Source: Candidatus Omnitrophota bacterium
GTDB taxonomy: Bacteria > Omnitrophota > Gorgyraeia > Gygaellales > Profunditerraquicolaceae
DNA: 64,000 bases
NCBI GenBank assembly: GCA_028712375.1
Contig: JAQTQG010000001.1
Location: forward strand, 110,126 to 174,125
Reading direction: 5' to 3'
Shown here one piece after another: positions 27,806-37,464 of this stretch. Below the pieces are notes generated by a model. It was given only the letters and a program-made list of their open reading frames with translations. It searched no databases and was not told where the DNA came from. Every line of letters starts with the position of its first letter. The stretch's first letter is position 1. Both the position numbers and the translations under genes were made by a program.

Positions 27806-29611
27806 ATGATTAGACTTTCGGAGTATGTGATTAAATTTCTGGCTAAAGAAAAGATTAAGCATGTTTTTATGGTTTCCGGAGGCGGCGGGATGTTTTTAAT
27901 CGATTCTTTAGGCCGTAGCAAGGATATTCAGTATGTTTGTAATCACCATGAGCAGGCTTGCGCGATGAGCGCAGAAGGTTATCAGCGGGTTACCGGTAAT
28001 CTGGGCGCGGCTTTAGTTACTACCGGCCCGGCAGGGACTAATGTGATTACGGGGTTAATGTGTTCATGGAACGATTCTATTCCGGTAATTATTATTTCCG
28101 GGCAGGTAGCTTCAAGATTTTTAATTGGAAATACAGGTTTGCGCCAAAGGGGTACGCACGAGGCTAATATTACTAAGATTGTTGAATCCATAACAAAATA
28201 TGCGGTTACGGTAACTGATGCCGGCATGATTCGCTATCATTTGGAAAAAGCGCTATATTTGGCGCGCCATGGCCGGCCAGGACCGGTATGGCTGGATATA
28301 CCTCTGGATATTCAGGCGGCAATGATTAATGAAGATACGCTAGCGCATTTTTCTGCGGAAAAAGAAAATTTTATTGGTGCCTCTGAAACTGATGAAACAA
28401 AAATTAAAGAAATCTGCGGGCTTTTGTCAGCATCTAAACGCCCGGTGATTATTGCGGGAAACGGAATCCGGATTGCCGGCATGCAGGAAGAGTTTATCCG
28501 CTTTATTGAAACTTATCGTATTCCCGTAGTGACTACTAAGCTGGGTTTTGACCTTATTTATGATGAGCATGAACTTTTGGCCGGCAGGATAGGAACCTAT
28601 GGCCAGCGGGCCGGAAATTTTGCGGTGCAAAACGCGGATTTTGTTTTAGTACTCGGTTCGCGCCTGGCGTTTACCACTATTGGCTATCAAACAGAATGGT
28701 TTGCCCGCGGGGCAAAAAAGGTAGTTGTGGATATTGATCAGCAACAGCTGAAATATCCGAATATAAAAATTGATATATCTGTCCGGGCCAATCTTAAAGA
28801 TTTTTTTCCTATCTTGAACAAAGCGCTTAAAGCTAAAGCTCTATCTGTCGGCGATTGGATTAGCTGCTGCCAAAATTGGCGTAAGAAATACCCGGCGGTA
28901 TTACCGCAATGGCGCAAAGAAAAAAAATATGTTAATCCTTATTATTTTTTTGAAGCGCTTTCTGAAAAGCTGGGCCATGACGATATAGTAATTACGGATC
29001 AAGGGGCTACTTTTTACTGCTCAACTCCGGCATTTAAATTAAAAAAAGGCCAACGCCTGTTTACTAACGGGGGTTTTTCCCCGATGGGGTTTGGGCTTCC
29101 CGCGGCAATCGGGGCATGTTTTGCTAATAATAAAAAACGGGTTATTTGTGTGCATGGTGATGGTGGGCTGGAATTAAATATTCAGGAGTTGCAGACAATT
29201 GTGCATTATAAATTACCGGTCAAGCTTTTTGTATTTAATAATCAGGGGTATTTGAGTATAAAACATACGCAAAACGCCTACTTTAATGGTTTTTTTGTGG
29301 GTTCTGACCCATCAAGCGGAGTAAGTTGCCCGGATACGGTTAAAATTGCCCGGGCTTACGGCATAGCTTCTTTAAGTATTAAAAATCATAAACAAATGCA
29401 TGTTCAGATTAGAAAAGCATTAAAGGCTAAAGGAGCGATGATTATCGATGTAACATTGCATCCGATGCAGCCATTTGCTCCCCGGGTTATTTCGGAGCGT
29501 AAATCAAGCGGGGTAATGGTATCTAAGCCCCTAGAAGATATGTACCCTTTTTTAAACCGGAAAGAGTTTTTATCCAATATGATTGTTGCTCCTGTTGAGG
29601 ATAAAAATTAA
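27806..29611 (+). CDS. Thiamine diphosphate-dependent enzyme of the acetolactate synthase large-subunit family (YerE-like candidate branched-chain sugar synthase)
   Basis: 601 aa. TPP N-terminal Pyr domain (HEQACAMSAEGY), central domain, and C-terminal PP domain with the GDGG motif (VHGDGGLELNIQEL). Confidence 0.75.
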   Translation: MIRLSEYVIKFLAKEKIKHVFMVSGGGGMFLIDSLGRSKDIQYVCNHHEQACAMSAEGYQRVTGNLGAALVTTGPAGTNVITGLMCSWNDSIPVIIISGQVASRFLIGNTGLRQRGTHEANITKIVESITKYAVTVTDAGMIRYHLEKALYLARHGRPGPVWLDIPLDIQAAMINEDTLAHFSAEKENFIGASETDETKIKEICGLLSASKRPVIIAGNGIRIAGMQEEFIRFIETYRIPVVTTKLGFDLIYDEHELLAGRIGTYGQRAGNFAVQNADFVLVLGSRLAFTTIGYQTEWFARGAKKVVVDIDQQQLKYPNIKIDISVRANLKDFFPILNKALKAKALSVGDWISCCQNWRKKYPAVLPQWRKEKKYVNPYYFFEALSEKLGHDDIVITDQGATFYCSTPAFKLKKGQRLFTNGGFSPMGFGLPAAIGACFANNKKRVICVHGDGGLELNIQELQTIVHYKLPVKLFVFNNQGYLSIKHTQNAYFNGFFVGSDPSSGVSCPDTVKIARAYGIASLSIKNHKQMHVQIRKALKAKGAMIIDVTLHPMQPFAPRVISERKSSGVMVSKPLEDMYPFLNRKEFLSNMIVAPVEDKN

Positions 29612-29653
29612 ATATTTCGCATTCTTTTTTGGTAATTAAAATTAAGAGGAATC

Positions 29654-30703
29654 ATGCATTTAATTGTTAAGGAAGACTTAGAATTCATAACCGCAACTGG
29701 TATCCATTGGGATAAGCTGGAAGGCAGGAATATCCTGGTTACCGGAGCCAATGGCTTTTTGCCCGCATATATGATTGAAACAATTTTGTTTTTAAATGAA
29801 CATCGATTTAAAAAGAAAGCTAAAATTTTTGCTTTGGCACGCAATAAGGAGAGGGTCCAAAAGAGGTTTTCCGGTTACCGCGGAAATAAAAATATTGTTT
29901 TTATTATTCAAGATGTTTGCGCTCCGCTTAAAATTCATAAAAAAATGGATTTTATTATTCATGCTGCCAGCCAGGCTAGCCCAAAGTTTTATGGTTCGGA
30001 TCCGGCAGGGACTATTTCGGCTAATACGCTTGGCACAGCAAATCTTTTAGCTTTAGCCGCTAAACATAAAAGCCAGGGGTTTCTGTTCTTTAGCAGTGGC
30101 GAAGTATACGGGGAGGTAGCTGTTGACCAGGTTCCTATTAGAGAAGATACTTATGGCTTAGTGGATCCAATGCTTTTGCGTTCTTGTTATGCAGAAGGTA
30201 AGCGTGCCGGTGAAAATATGTGTGTTTCTTGGAGCCATCAATATGGAATACCGGTAAAAATCATCCGCCCTTTTCATACCTATGGGCCGGGAATGCGGCT
30301 GGATGATGGAAGGGTGTTTGCGGATTTTGTCTGCGATGTTGTGGCAGGCAGGGATATTATAATGAAAAGCGACGGCAGCGCAGTGAGGGCCTTTTGTTAT
30401 CTGGCTGACGCAGTTGCCGGGTTTTTTACGGTACTTTTGGAAGGCAGTTCTGCGCAAGCTTATAATGTTGGAAATGATGAGGGGATTAGCATAGCCGGCC
30501 TGGCTAAGATATTGGTTGATTTGCGCCCGGAAAAACATTTAAAGGTTATTCAGAGGGAAAGTGATTGCATCGGCGGGTATATAAAAAGCCGGATACCGGT
30601 GAGCGTGCCGGATACCACTAAGATCAGGCGGTTAGGTTGGAAACCGTTTTATTCCATAAAAGAAGGGTTTGGGCGTACGGTAAGGAGCTTTGAAAGTGAG
30701 TAA
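29654..30703 (+). CDS. NAD(P)-dependent epimerase/dehydratase family reductase (YerF-like candidate)
   Basis: 349 aa. VTGANGFL Rossmann motif. YAEGK catalytic motif. Confidence 0.6.
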   Translation: MHLIVKEDLEFITATGIHWDKLEGRNILVTGANGFLPAYMIETILFLNEHRFKKKAKIFALARNKERVQKRFSGYRGNKNIVFIIQDVCAPLKIHKKMDFIIHAASQASPKFYGSDPAGTISANTLGTANLLALAAKHKSQGFLFFSSGEVYGEVAVDQVPIREDTYGLVDPMLLRSCYAEGKRAGENMCVSWSHQYGIPVKIIRPFHTYGPGMRLDDGRVFADFVCDVVAGRDIIMKSDGSAVRAFCYLADAVAGFFTVLLEGSSAQAYNVGNDEGISIAGLAKILVDLRPEKHLKVIQRESDCIGGYIKSRIPVSVPDTTKIRRLGWKPFYSIKEGFGRTVRSFESE

Positions 30704-31619
30704 GTTAGTAGAAATTGAAAAACAATATAAAACCGGCTGCGTTGGCAAAGAAACCTACATAAACTTAATGCATAAACGCCACCTTATGCTTGAGGATTAT
30801 CCGAAGTTGATTAAGAATAAAAATGTTGCTGCCATTGAAATTAGCCAAGGTAAGATTATCTTAAAGACAAAAGATGGTGTTAGCTTATTCTGTGATTTTT
30901 TAGATAAACGGCATATATCTATGGAGATTTTAAATTTTGGTAATTATGAATCTGCCGAACTACAAATGATTAAGCGTTTTTTAAAAAAAGACAGCGTGAT
31001 ATTGGATATTGGCGCAAATATCGGATGGTATTCGATTAATCTTTCCAGAAGTGTTCCGCGGGGCAGGATAATTGCTTTTGAACCAATTCCTAAAACCTAC
31101 AATTGCTTAATTAAGAATGTTGCTTTGAACCAGTTGCCTAATATCAAGGCATATAATATCGGATTATTCAATAAATCAGGCCGCTTTAATTTTTATTATA
31201 ACCGTTCCTACACCGGAGCGACATCTTTGAAGGACATTATTCATAAGCACGATACGGTCTTAATTAAATGCCGGGTGGAAAAATTAGATGATTTTTTGAA
31301 AAAAATAAAGATTGGGCAGGTAGATTTTATTAAATGTGATGCGGAGGGTGCTGAAAAATTTGTTATTGAAGGCGGGTTAAACTTAATTAAAAAGTATAAA
31401 CCGGTTATTTTTGTGGAATTATTAAGAAAGTGGGCGGCTAAATTTGACTATCATCCGAATAGCGTAATTAGCCTTCTTAAACAGATAGGGTACGAATGCT
31501 ACGTAATTAATAAGGCAAAACTTAAGAAAATTAGAGAAATCACGGAAACTACGCAGCAAACTAATTTTTATTTTTTACCTGTTTCTAAGTATTCTAAATT
31601 ATTAAGCAGGTTAACCTGA
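30696..31619 (+). CDS. FkbM-family methyltransferase
   Basis: LDIGANIGWYS motif of the FkbM family. The track start is TTG at 30690. GTG at 30696 is better spaced from the TAAGGAG RBS. Confidence 0.6.
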   Translation: MSKLVEIEKQYKTGCVGKETYINLMHKRHLMLEDYPKLIKNKNVAAIEISQGKIILKTKDGVSLFCDFLDKRHISMEILNFGNYESAELQMIKRFLKKDSVILDIGANIGWYSINLSRSVPRGRIIAFEPIPKTYNCLIKNVALNQLPNIKAYNIGLFNKSGRFNFYYNRSYTGATSLKDIIHKHDTVLIKCRVEKLDDFLKKIKIGQVDFIKCDAEGAEKFVIEGGLNLIKKYKPVIFVELLRKWAAKFDYHPNSVISLLKQIGYECYVINKAKLKKIREITETTQQTNFYFLPVSKYSKLLSRLT

Positions 31620-32932
31620 TGGCTATGGCGAAAACACTAAGAAAAAAAATCCAGGCAGATGTAAAACGTTTATGCAGATTATCTTTTGCAAAAGCAAAGT
31701 TTGTTCCCGGCCAGACACCGGTTAGTTATGCCGGCAGGGTTTATGATGAAAAAGAAATGTTTAATTTAGTTGATGCTTCCCTGGATTTTTGGTTAACTGC
31801 CGGCAGATACGCTGCAGAGTTTGAAAAAAGGCTCGCAGAGTTCATTAAAGTAAAATATTGCCTTTTAACTAATTCCGGTTCTTCGGCGAATTTGCTGGCG
31901 ATTTCCGCCTTAACTTCACCCTTGTTAAAAGAACGGCAACTGAAAAAAGGCGATGAAGTTATTACAACTGCTTGCGGTTTTCCCACTACGCTCAATCCTA
32001 TTCTACAAAATAATCTTGTGCCTGTATTTATCGATGTGGAGCTGGGGACATATAACATACGGGCGGAGTTGGTTGAGCGGGCGATTACTAAAAAGACCAA
32101 AGCCATATTTGTCCCGCACACTTTAGGCAATCCGGCAAACATTGCATTGATTCTAAAAATAGCTAAAAAATATAATCTTTGGTTTATAGAAGATAATTGC
32201 GATGCTTTGGGGTCAATTTATAAAGGCAGGCTTACCGGTTCATTCGGCGATATCGCTACTTGCAGTTTTTATCCTGCGCACCACATTACGATGGGTGAAG
32301 GAGGGGCAGTCTTAACCAGTAACCCGCTCTTAAAAAGAATAATTATGTCTTTTCGCGACTGGGGAAGGGATTGTTATTGCGGCCCCGGCCTGGATAATAC
32401 CTGTCGGAAAAGATTTTCTCAAAAATTCGGTAATCTTCCGCAGGGTTATGATCATAAATATGTTTATTCGCATATTGGTTATAATTTAAAAGTAACGGAT
32501 ATGCAGGCGGCAGTAGGAGTGGCACAGTTGGATAAGTTAGGAGGTTTTATTAAGTCCAGGAGGGAGAATTTTTCATTTCTCAAAAAATCCCTTAAAGGTT
32601 ATCAAAAGTATTTGGTTTTACCGGAGCCTTCAGAAGAATCAATGCCCAGCTGGTTTGGTTTTCCTATTTTAGTTAAGGAAAACGCCCCTTTTACCAGGAA
32701 TGGTCTGGTAACTTATCTGGAGCAGCGTAAAATTGCTACGCGTATGCTTTTTGGAGGGAATTTAACCAAGCAGCCGGCATATGAAGATACCAGATACAGG
32801 ATTTTCGGATCGTTGCAGCATACTGATATGGTGATGAACAATCTTTTCTGGATTGGAGTCTACCCCGGGCTTAAGCTTGAACAGTTAACCTATATGAAAA
32901 ATACAATTATTGGCTTCCTAGAAAAAATATGA
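31619..32932 (+). CDS. rfbH: CDP-6-deoxy-D-xylo-4-hexulose-3-dehydrase (E1; RfbH/DdhC family)
   Basis: 437 aa, DegT fold. The PLP lysine position reads YPAHHITMGEGG (His instead of Lys), as in E1. It also has DCYCGPGLDNTC, a CxCx7C iron-sulfur motif characteristic of E1. Confidence 0.8.
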   Translation: MAMAKTLRKKIQADVKRLCRLSFAKAKFVPGQTPVSYAGRVYDEKEMFNLVDASLDFWLTAGRYAAEFEKRLAEFIKVKYCLLTNSGSSANLLAISALTSPLLKERQLKKGDEVITTACGFPTTLNPILQNNLVPVFIDVELGTYNIRAELVERAITKKTKAIFVPHTLGNPANIALILKIAKKYNLWFIEDNCDALGSIYKGRLTGSFGDIATCSFYPAHHITMGEGGAVLTSNPLLKRIIMSFRDWGRDCYCGPGLDNTCRKRFSQKFGNLPQGYDHKYVYSHIGYNLKVTDMQAAVGVAQLDKLGGFIKSRRENFSFLKKSLKGYQKYLVLPEPSEESMPSWFGFPILVKENAPFTRNGLVTYLEQRKIATRMLFGGNLTKQPAYEDTRYRIFGSLQHTDMVMNNLFWIGVYPGLKLEQLTYMKNTIIGFLEKI

Positions 32933-33627
32933 AACTTACAATTCTGATATTTTGTTTTAATGAAAAATCCACTATTTCCAGCGTTATTGAAGATGCTAAG
33001 CAAATTACCCTGGATAAAGAAATAATTGTTATCGATAATTTCTCTACTGACGGCACCAGGGAAATATTAAAAACTTATAGTGAAGATAAAGCATTAAAAA
33101 TAATATTGCATGATAAAAACATGGGAGCCGGCTATTCTGTGCGCGAAGGGATTGCTCTTGCCCAAGGTGATTATTTGTATGCGCCGGGAGCGGACCTGGA
33201 ATATAAGATGGATGATGTATATAAGATGGTGGAGAAGCTGGAAAAAGAAAAGCTGGATGTAGTTTTTGGGTCAAGGTTATCCGGCCGAAAAGAAGTTTCC
33301 ACTATTGAGCTGATCAAGGAAAGGCCTTACTGGCTGGGAACAATTATCGCTACGTTTTTAATAAACCTCTTTTATGGCAGGAAGTTCACGGATATAATCG
33401 CCACTAAATTGATCAAGGCTGACATTTTAAAAAACCTGGGCTGCCAAGCGAGTGATCCGTCTTTTGAATTTGAGTTGGTCAGCCGGTTATGTAAAAAGAA
33501 ATATAAAATCGGCGAACTGCCTGTTTGGTATAAGGCGCGTTCTCATAGAGAAGGCAAAACTATTAAAGCCATTCATATGCTTCCGGCGTTGTGGGCGATA
33601 TTCAGGATTAAGTTTCTGGTTAGATAA
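32929..33627 (+). CDS. Glycosyltransferase family 2
   Basis: 232 aa. LTILIFCFNE..IIVIDNFSTDGT N-terminal GT2 signature. Confidence 0.65.
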   Translation: MKLTILIFCFNEKSTISSVIEDAKQITLDKEIIVIDNFSTDGTREILKTYSEDKALKIILHDKNMGAGYSVREGIALAQGDYLYAPGADLEYKMDDVYKMVEKLEKEKLDVVFGSRLSGRKEVSTIELIKERPYWLGTIIATFLINLFYGRKFTDIIATKLIKADILKNLGCQASDPSFEFELVSRLCKKKYKIGELPVWYKARSHREGKTIKAIHMLPALWAIFRIKFLVR

Positions 33628-33651
33628 TCAAAATAATACGGGAAAGCACTG

Positions 33652-34635
33652 ATGATTTTGACTAAAAAAAGAAAAGCGAAACTGTTTAAATTGTTCAGGG
33701 CAAGGCAGCTTCCTTATCTGCCTTATAGCCTGGGGATTGATCCGGGGAATATCTGTAATCTTAAATGCCCGCTATGCCCTACAGGTTTGGGGGATTCGGG
33801 CGCTCAGAAGAGTTTTTTAGAGTTTAGCCTATTTAAGCTAGTATTTGATCAGCTTAAAGAAAGTCTATCCGAAATAAATATGTTTAATTGGGGTGAGCCG
33901 CTTTTGAATAAAGATTTAACGAAAATGATCCGATATGCCAAAGAGGTAAAACCGCTGATTTATGTTATCACCAGCACTAATTTAAATATAAATAATGATA
34001 ATTTATTAGAAGAAGTAATGAATTCCGGCATTGATAAGATTATTGTCTCTTGCGACGGGACAACCAAAGAATCTTACGGAAAGTACCGTGTCGGAGGAGA
34101 TTTTGGGCTGGTAATGAGGAATCTGCGTTTTTTGGCTGAGAAAAACAGCAAATTAGCGAGGAAAGTTTTGATTGTCTGGAATTTTATTGTGTTTAAGCAT
34201 AATGAGCATGAGGTAGAAATTGTTAAAAAGATGTCCAAAGACATAGGAGTGGACTGCAATATCGGATTAATGAGAACTTCTTTGAAAGATGAAATACTTA
34301 AGCCTCATCACGAGGGCATAGCTAAAGACATGGACCTGATACCGGATAATCCTATTTATAGCGCGTATGATAAATGCAGCCTTACAGTTAAAAAAGTATT
34401 AAAGACTTGCAAAAAGCCGTGGCAGTCAATTGCGGTTAACTCTAATGGTTTAGTTTTTCCTTGTTGCGCGGTTTATGAAGAAAAATATAGTTTTGGTGAT
34501 GTAAAGAAGGATTCTATTAAAGATATCTGGAACAACCGTAAGTTTGTTTTAGCCCGGCAGGAGATTTTGAACAAAAAACGCCCTGCATGCACAATTTGCG
34601 GGACATGCCGGAATAACGGGTTTATGCATATGTAA
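33652..34635 (+). CDS. Radical SAM protein with a C-terminal Cys-rich (SPASM/twitch-like) domain
   Basis: 327 aa. CNLKCPLC radical SAM motif near the N-terminus. C-terminal PCCAVYEE...CTICGTC cysteine cluster. Confidence 0.7.
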   Translation: MILTKKRKAKLFKLFRARQLPYLPYSLGIDPGNICNLKCPLCPTGLGDSGAQKSFLEFSLFKLVFDQLKESLSEINMFNWGEPLLNKDLTKMIRYAKEVKPLIYVITSTNLNINNDNLLEEVMNSGIDKIIVSCDGTTKESYGKYRVGGDFGLVMRNLRFLAEKNSKLARKVLIVWNFIVFKHNEHEVEIVKKMSKDIGVDCNIGLMRTSLKDEILKPHHEGIAKDMDLIPDNPIYSAYDKCSLTVKKVLKTCKKPWQSIAVNSNGLVFPCCAVYEEKYSFGDVKKDSIKDIWNNRKFVLARQEILNKKRPACTICGTCRNNGFMHM

Positions 34636-34691
34636 TTTATGCATGAAAATCTTCATGTATAAAGTTTATATCTGGACCAAAGGAGCTTATT

Positions 34692-35396
34692 ATGGAAGAT
34701 AGCTATTTTATTAATCAACCGATTTTTCTGAAATATAAAAGACGTTTTGATTGGCGCGCATTAAAACACAAGCCATTTATTAAAAAAGCCTTGCTTAATG
34801 AGCGGATTATCGAAATTCCCTTTGCGATTAATGCTTTGTCCGGAATACCTAAAACCAGTAAAGTTTTAGACCTTGGCTGCATGGAAAGTGTTTTACCGTT
34901 ATTTCTTGCCGGTCTTGGTTTCCAGGTTACCGGTTTTGATTTCCGGCAGTATCCATACCGGGTTCCTAATTTTAACTTTGTTCAGGGCAGCATTCTGGAG
35001 CTGCCTTTTGAGGGAGAATTTTTTGACGCTGTAACTTGCGTATCAACAATTGAGCATATCGGGATCGGTTTCTACAGCGACCCTAAAGATAATCTTTCTT
35101 CGGATGTTAAGGGGATATTAGAGGCCAAAAGGGTTTTAAAGCTTGGGGGGCTGTTAATCCTGACTGTTCCTTTTGGCCGGGCATTTATTAATGCTCAGCA
35201 GCGGATTTATGATAAACAGGGGTTGGATAAATTACTTGCTGGTTTTTTAGTGAATACGATTAAGTTTTTTAAAAATAATCAGATGAGCAGCGGGAACAAT
35301 TATTGGGAAGAGATTTCTTTAGGGCAGGCGGAGTCTTTGAGTTATGCCAACGGCACGGAATGTGTTTGTTGTTTAAGCGCTTTAAGGAGCAGTTAA
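34692..35396 (+). CDS. Class I SAM-dependent methyltransferase
   Basis: 234 aa. VLDLGCMES..GFQVTGFD motif I/II. GGLLILTVP. Confidence 0.55.
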   Translation: MEDSYFINQPIFLKYKRRFDWRALKHKPFIKKALLNERIIEIPFAINALSGIPKTSKVLDLGCMESVLPLFLAGLGFQVTGFDFRQYPYRVPNFNFVQGSILELPFEGEFFDAVTCVSTIEHIGIGFYSDPKDNLSSDVKGILEAKRVLKLGGLLILTVPFGRAFINAQQRIYDKQGLDKLLAGFLVNTIKFFKNNQMSSGNNYWEEISLGQAESLSYANGTECVCCLSALRSS

Positions 35397-35400
35397 TCCG

Positions 35401-36189
35401 ATGAAAAAGATAAAAATATTTTTTTCTTTACTTATTTTGTCTTTGGGGATGTTTTATTTTTTCTGGCTTTCTCCAAAATATACGGTGCCTATTTTGATGT
35501 ACCATAACATAGGCTATGAAGAGGGGAGTTTTTATGTTGCTCCCGAAAATTTCGCCAAACAGATGGAATATATTAAGAATAAGGGTTATGAGGTAATAAC
35601 TTTAGATGAGTTGGTGCAAGGCATAAAGAACAATAAGAGCTTTAAGAGAAACAAGGTTGTGATTACGTTTGATGATGGTTACAGGGATAACTTTCAGTAT
35701 GCTTATCCGGTTTTAAAAAAGTTTGGTTTTCCGGCTACCATATTTATTATTTCGGATTTTGTAGGTAAATCTTTTGGTAACGGCAAGGAATTTTTAAATT
35801 GGGATCAGATTATTTTGATGTCTAAAGATGATATTTCTTTTGGCGCGCATACTAAAACTCATTTTAACCTAGGCAGCCGAGTGGATGAGCCGGTAGCGCA
35901 AGAAGAGATTATGGGTTCGAAAAACGCAATTGAGGAAAAAATAAAATTACCGGTAGAGTATTTTTGCTATCCTTCCGGAGGATTTAATGAGAAAACAAAA
36001 GAAATGATCAAACAGGCGGGTTTTAAGGGGGCTTGTTCAACTAACCGCGGATTTGCTAAATTTAACCGCGATGAATATGAGCTTAAAAGAATTAAAGTGA
36101 CAAATTCCGATATGACAAAACCGTTTAGTTTTTATGCCAAACTTTCGGGGTTTTATACTATTTTTAAACGCAACAGGGATCCATATTAG
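35401..36189 (+). CDS. Polysaccharide deacetylase (NodB homology domain), N-terminal signal/TM anchor
   Basis: 262 aa. VVITFDDGYRDN (NodB motif 1), HTKTH, and a hydrophobic N-terminus. Confidence 0.75.
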   Translation: MKKIKIFFSLLILSLGMFYFFWLSPKYTVPILMYHNIGYEEGSFYVAPENFAKQMEYIKNKGYEVITLDELVQGIKNNKSFKRNKVVITFDDGYRDNFQYAYPVLKKFGFPATIFIISDFVGKSFGNGKEFLNWDQIILMSKDDISFGAHTKTHFNLGSRVDEPVAQEEIMGSKNAIEEKIKLPVEYFCYPSGGFNEKTKEMIKQAGFKGACSTNRGFAKFNRDEYELKRIKVTNSDMTKPFSFYAKLSGFYTIFKRNRDPY

Positions 36190-36216
36190 TTTTGTTGCTT
36201 AAAAAGGAGCATCTTA

Positions 36217-37452
36217 ATGCAGAAATTAAGTAAGATGTTAGAAAACATAAATTATTGGGCGATAATTTTACTGCCCTTTTCGGTGGCAATTGCTCCGGGT
36301 GTTTCTAATACCGTTATCGGGATAATGATTGGTTCGTTCCTGCTTGAAAAATTACTAAAAAAAGAAAAACTTTGCGCACTTTCTTTGCCGCTTATTATTT
36401 TCGGGGCGTTTATGTTGATTGGTGCGTTTTCTTTCATAAATTCAATTGATCGCGGAGATAGTTTAAAGGGTATGTTTAAGCTGTTAAAATACTTGATGAT
36501 TTTTCTGGTTTGCAGCCAGAATATAAAAAACCGTGAACATTTTAGGAGGATAGCCATCTCCAGCGCCTGCGCTATTTCTCTTATTGGCATTGATGCGCTT
36601 TGGCAGATATTTTCGGGGAGGGATTTTATCCGTGGTAATGTGCTTAATGGTAATATCGGGTTAGCTCGCGCTACAGCATCTTTTCCCGGTTGTAATGCTA
36701 TGGGAATTTACCTTACCGCTTTAACTCCTCTGGTTGCCGGAGTAGCTTTGTTTTTTCAGCAGATAAAAATCAGGGTATTTTTTACTGGGGCTGCTTTAAT
36801 TGGATGCTTAGGTGTTTATTTATCTTTGTCGCGGGGAGCCGCCCTGGGGCTTTTTATAAGTATACTATTTTTAAGTTTGATCAGGAAAAATAAAATTATA
36901 ATTACCGGGCTTATTTTATTGCTTACGGTTTATCCTTTTGTCATGCCTAAAAATATTAAAGAATGGGCTAAGAGCGTTAATTATAACCCTCTGGTTATGC
37001 TTACTGATAACGTGAGATTGAGCATTTATCGCAATACTATATATATGATCAGCCAACATCCGGTTATCGGTGTAGGCATTAATACCTTTTCTAAAAATTA
37101 TGGTAAATATAAATTAGCTGCCGTGGAAGCGCGAACCGGGACCCAGGATACTATTTATGCGCATAATAGCTATTTGCAAATGGCTGGAGAGGTGGGTTTG
37201 TTGGGTATCGGGTTATTTTTCATTTTTCTATTTTTTGTACTCAGGGGCGCCTGGCGGGCTTTTAAGGTAAATGATGAACCTTTTTTAAAAGCAATGTCAA
37301 TATCGGTATTTGCTTCGATTATCGCTTATCTTATTAACAGCTTGACTGAAACCAGCCTTTATCATTCTCGGTTAGTGATGATTTTTTGGTTTCTCGTTGG
37401 TTTGGCATTAGCTTTAGGTAAAATTTCCGATAGAGTGGTTGAAAAAAAATAG
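36217..37452 (+). CDS. O-antigen ligase/polymerase family membrane protein (second Wzy/WaaL-like)
   Basis: 411 aa. About 10 TM helices. LSLSRGAALG-type Wzy_C loop. Confidence 0.55.
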   Translation: MQKLSKMLENINYWAIILLPFSVAIAPGVSNTVIGIMIGSFLLEKLLKKEKLCALSLPLIIFGAFMLIGAFSFINSIDRGDSLKGMFKLLKYLMIFLVCSQNIKNREHFRRIAISSACAISLIGIDALWQIFSGRDFIRGNVLNGNIGLARATASFPGCNAMGIYLTALTPLVAGVALFFQQIKIRVFFTGAALIGCLGVYLSLSRGAALGLFISILFLSLIRKNKIIITGLILLLTVYPFVMPKNIKEWAKSVNYNPLVMLTDNVRLSIYRNTIYMISQHPVIGVGINTFSKNYGKYKLAAVEARTGTQDTIYAHNSYLQMAGEVGLLGIGLFFIFLFFVLRGAWRAFKVNDEPFLKAMSISVFASIIAYLINSLTETSLYHSRLVMIFWFLVGLALALGKISDRVVEKK

Positions 37453-37464
37453 GAGTTAAAGAAA

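Noticed and set aside
34640-34668. Short inverted repeat CATGAA-AATC-TTCATG after the radical SAM gene
   Set aside because: Only a 6-bp stem with no U-tract. Too weak to call a terminator or regulatory site.
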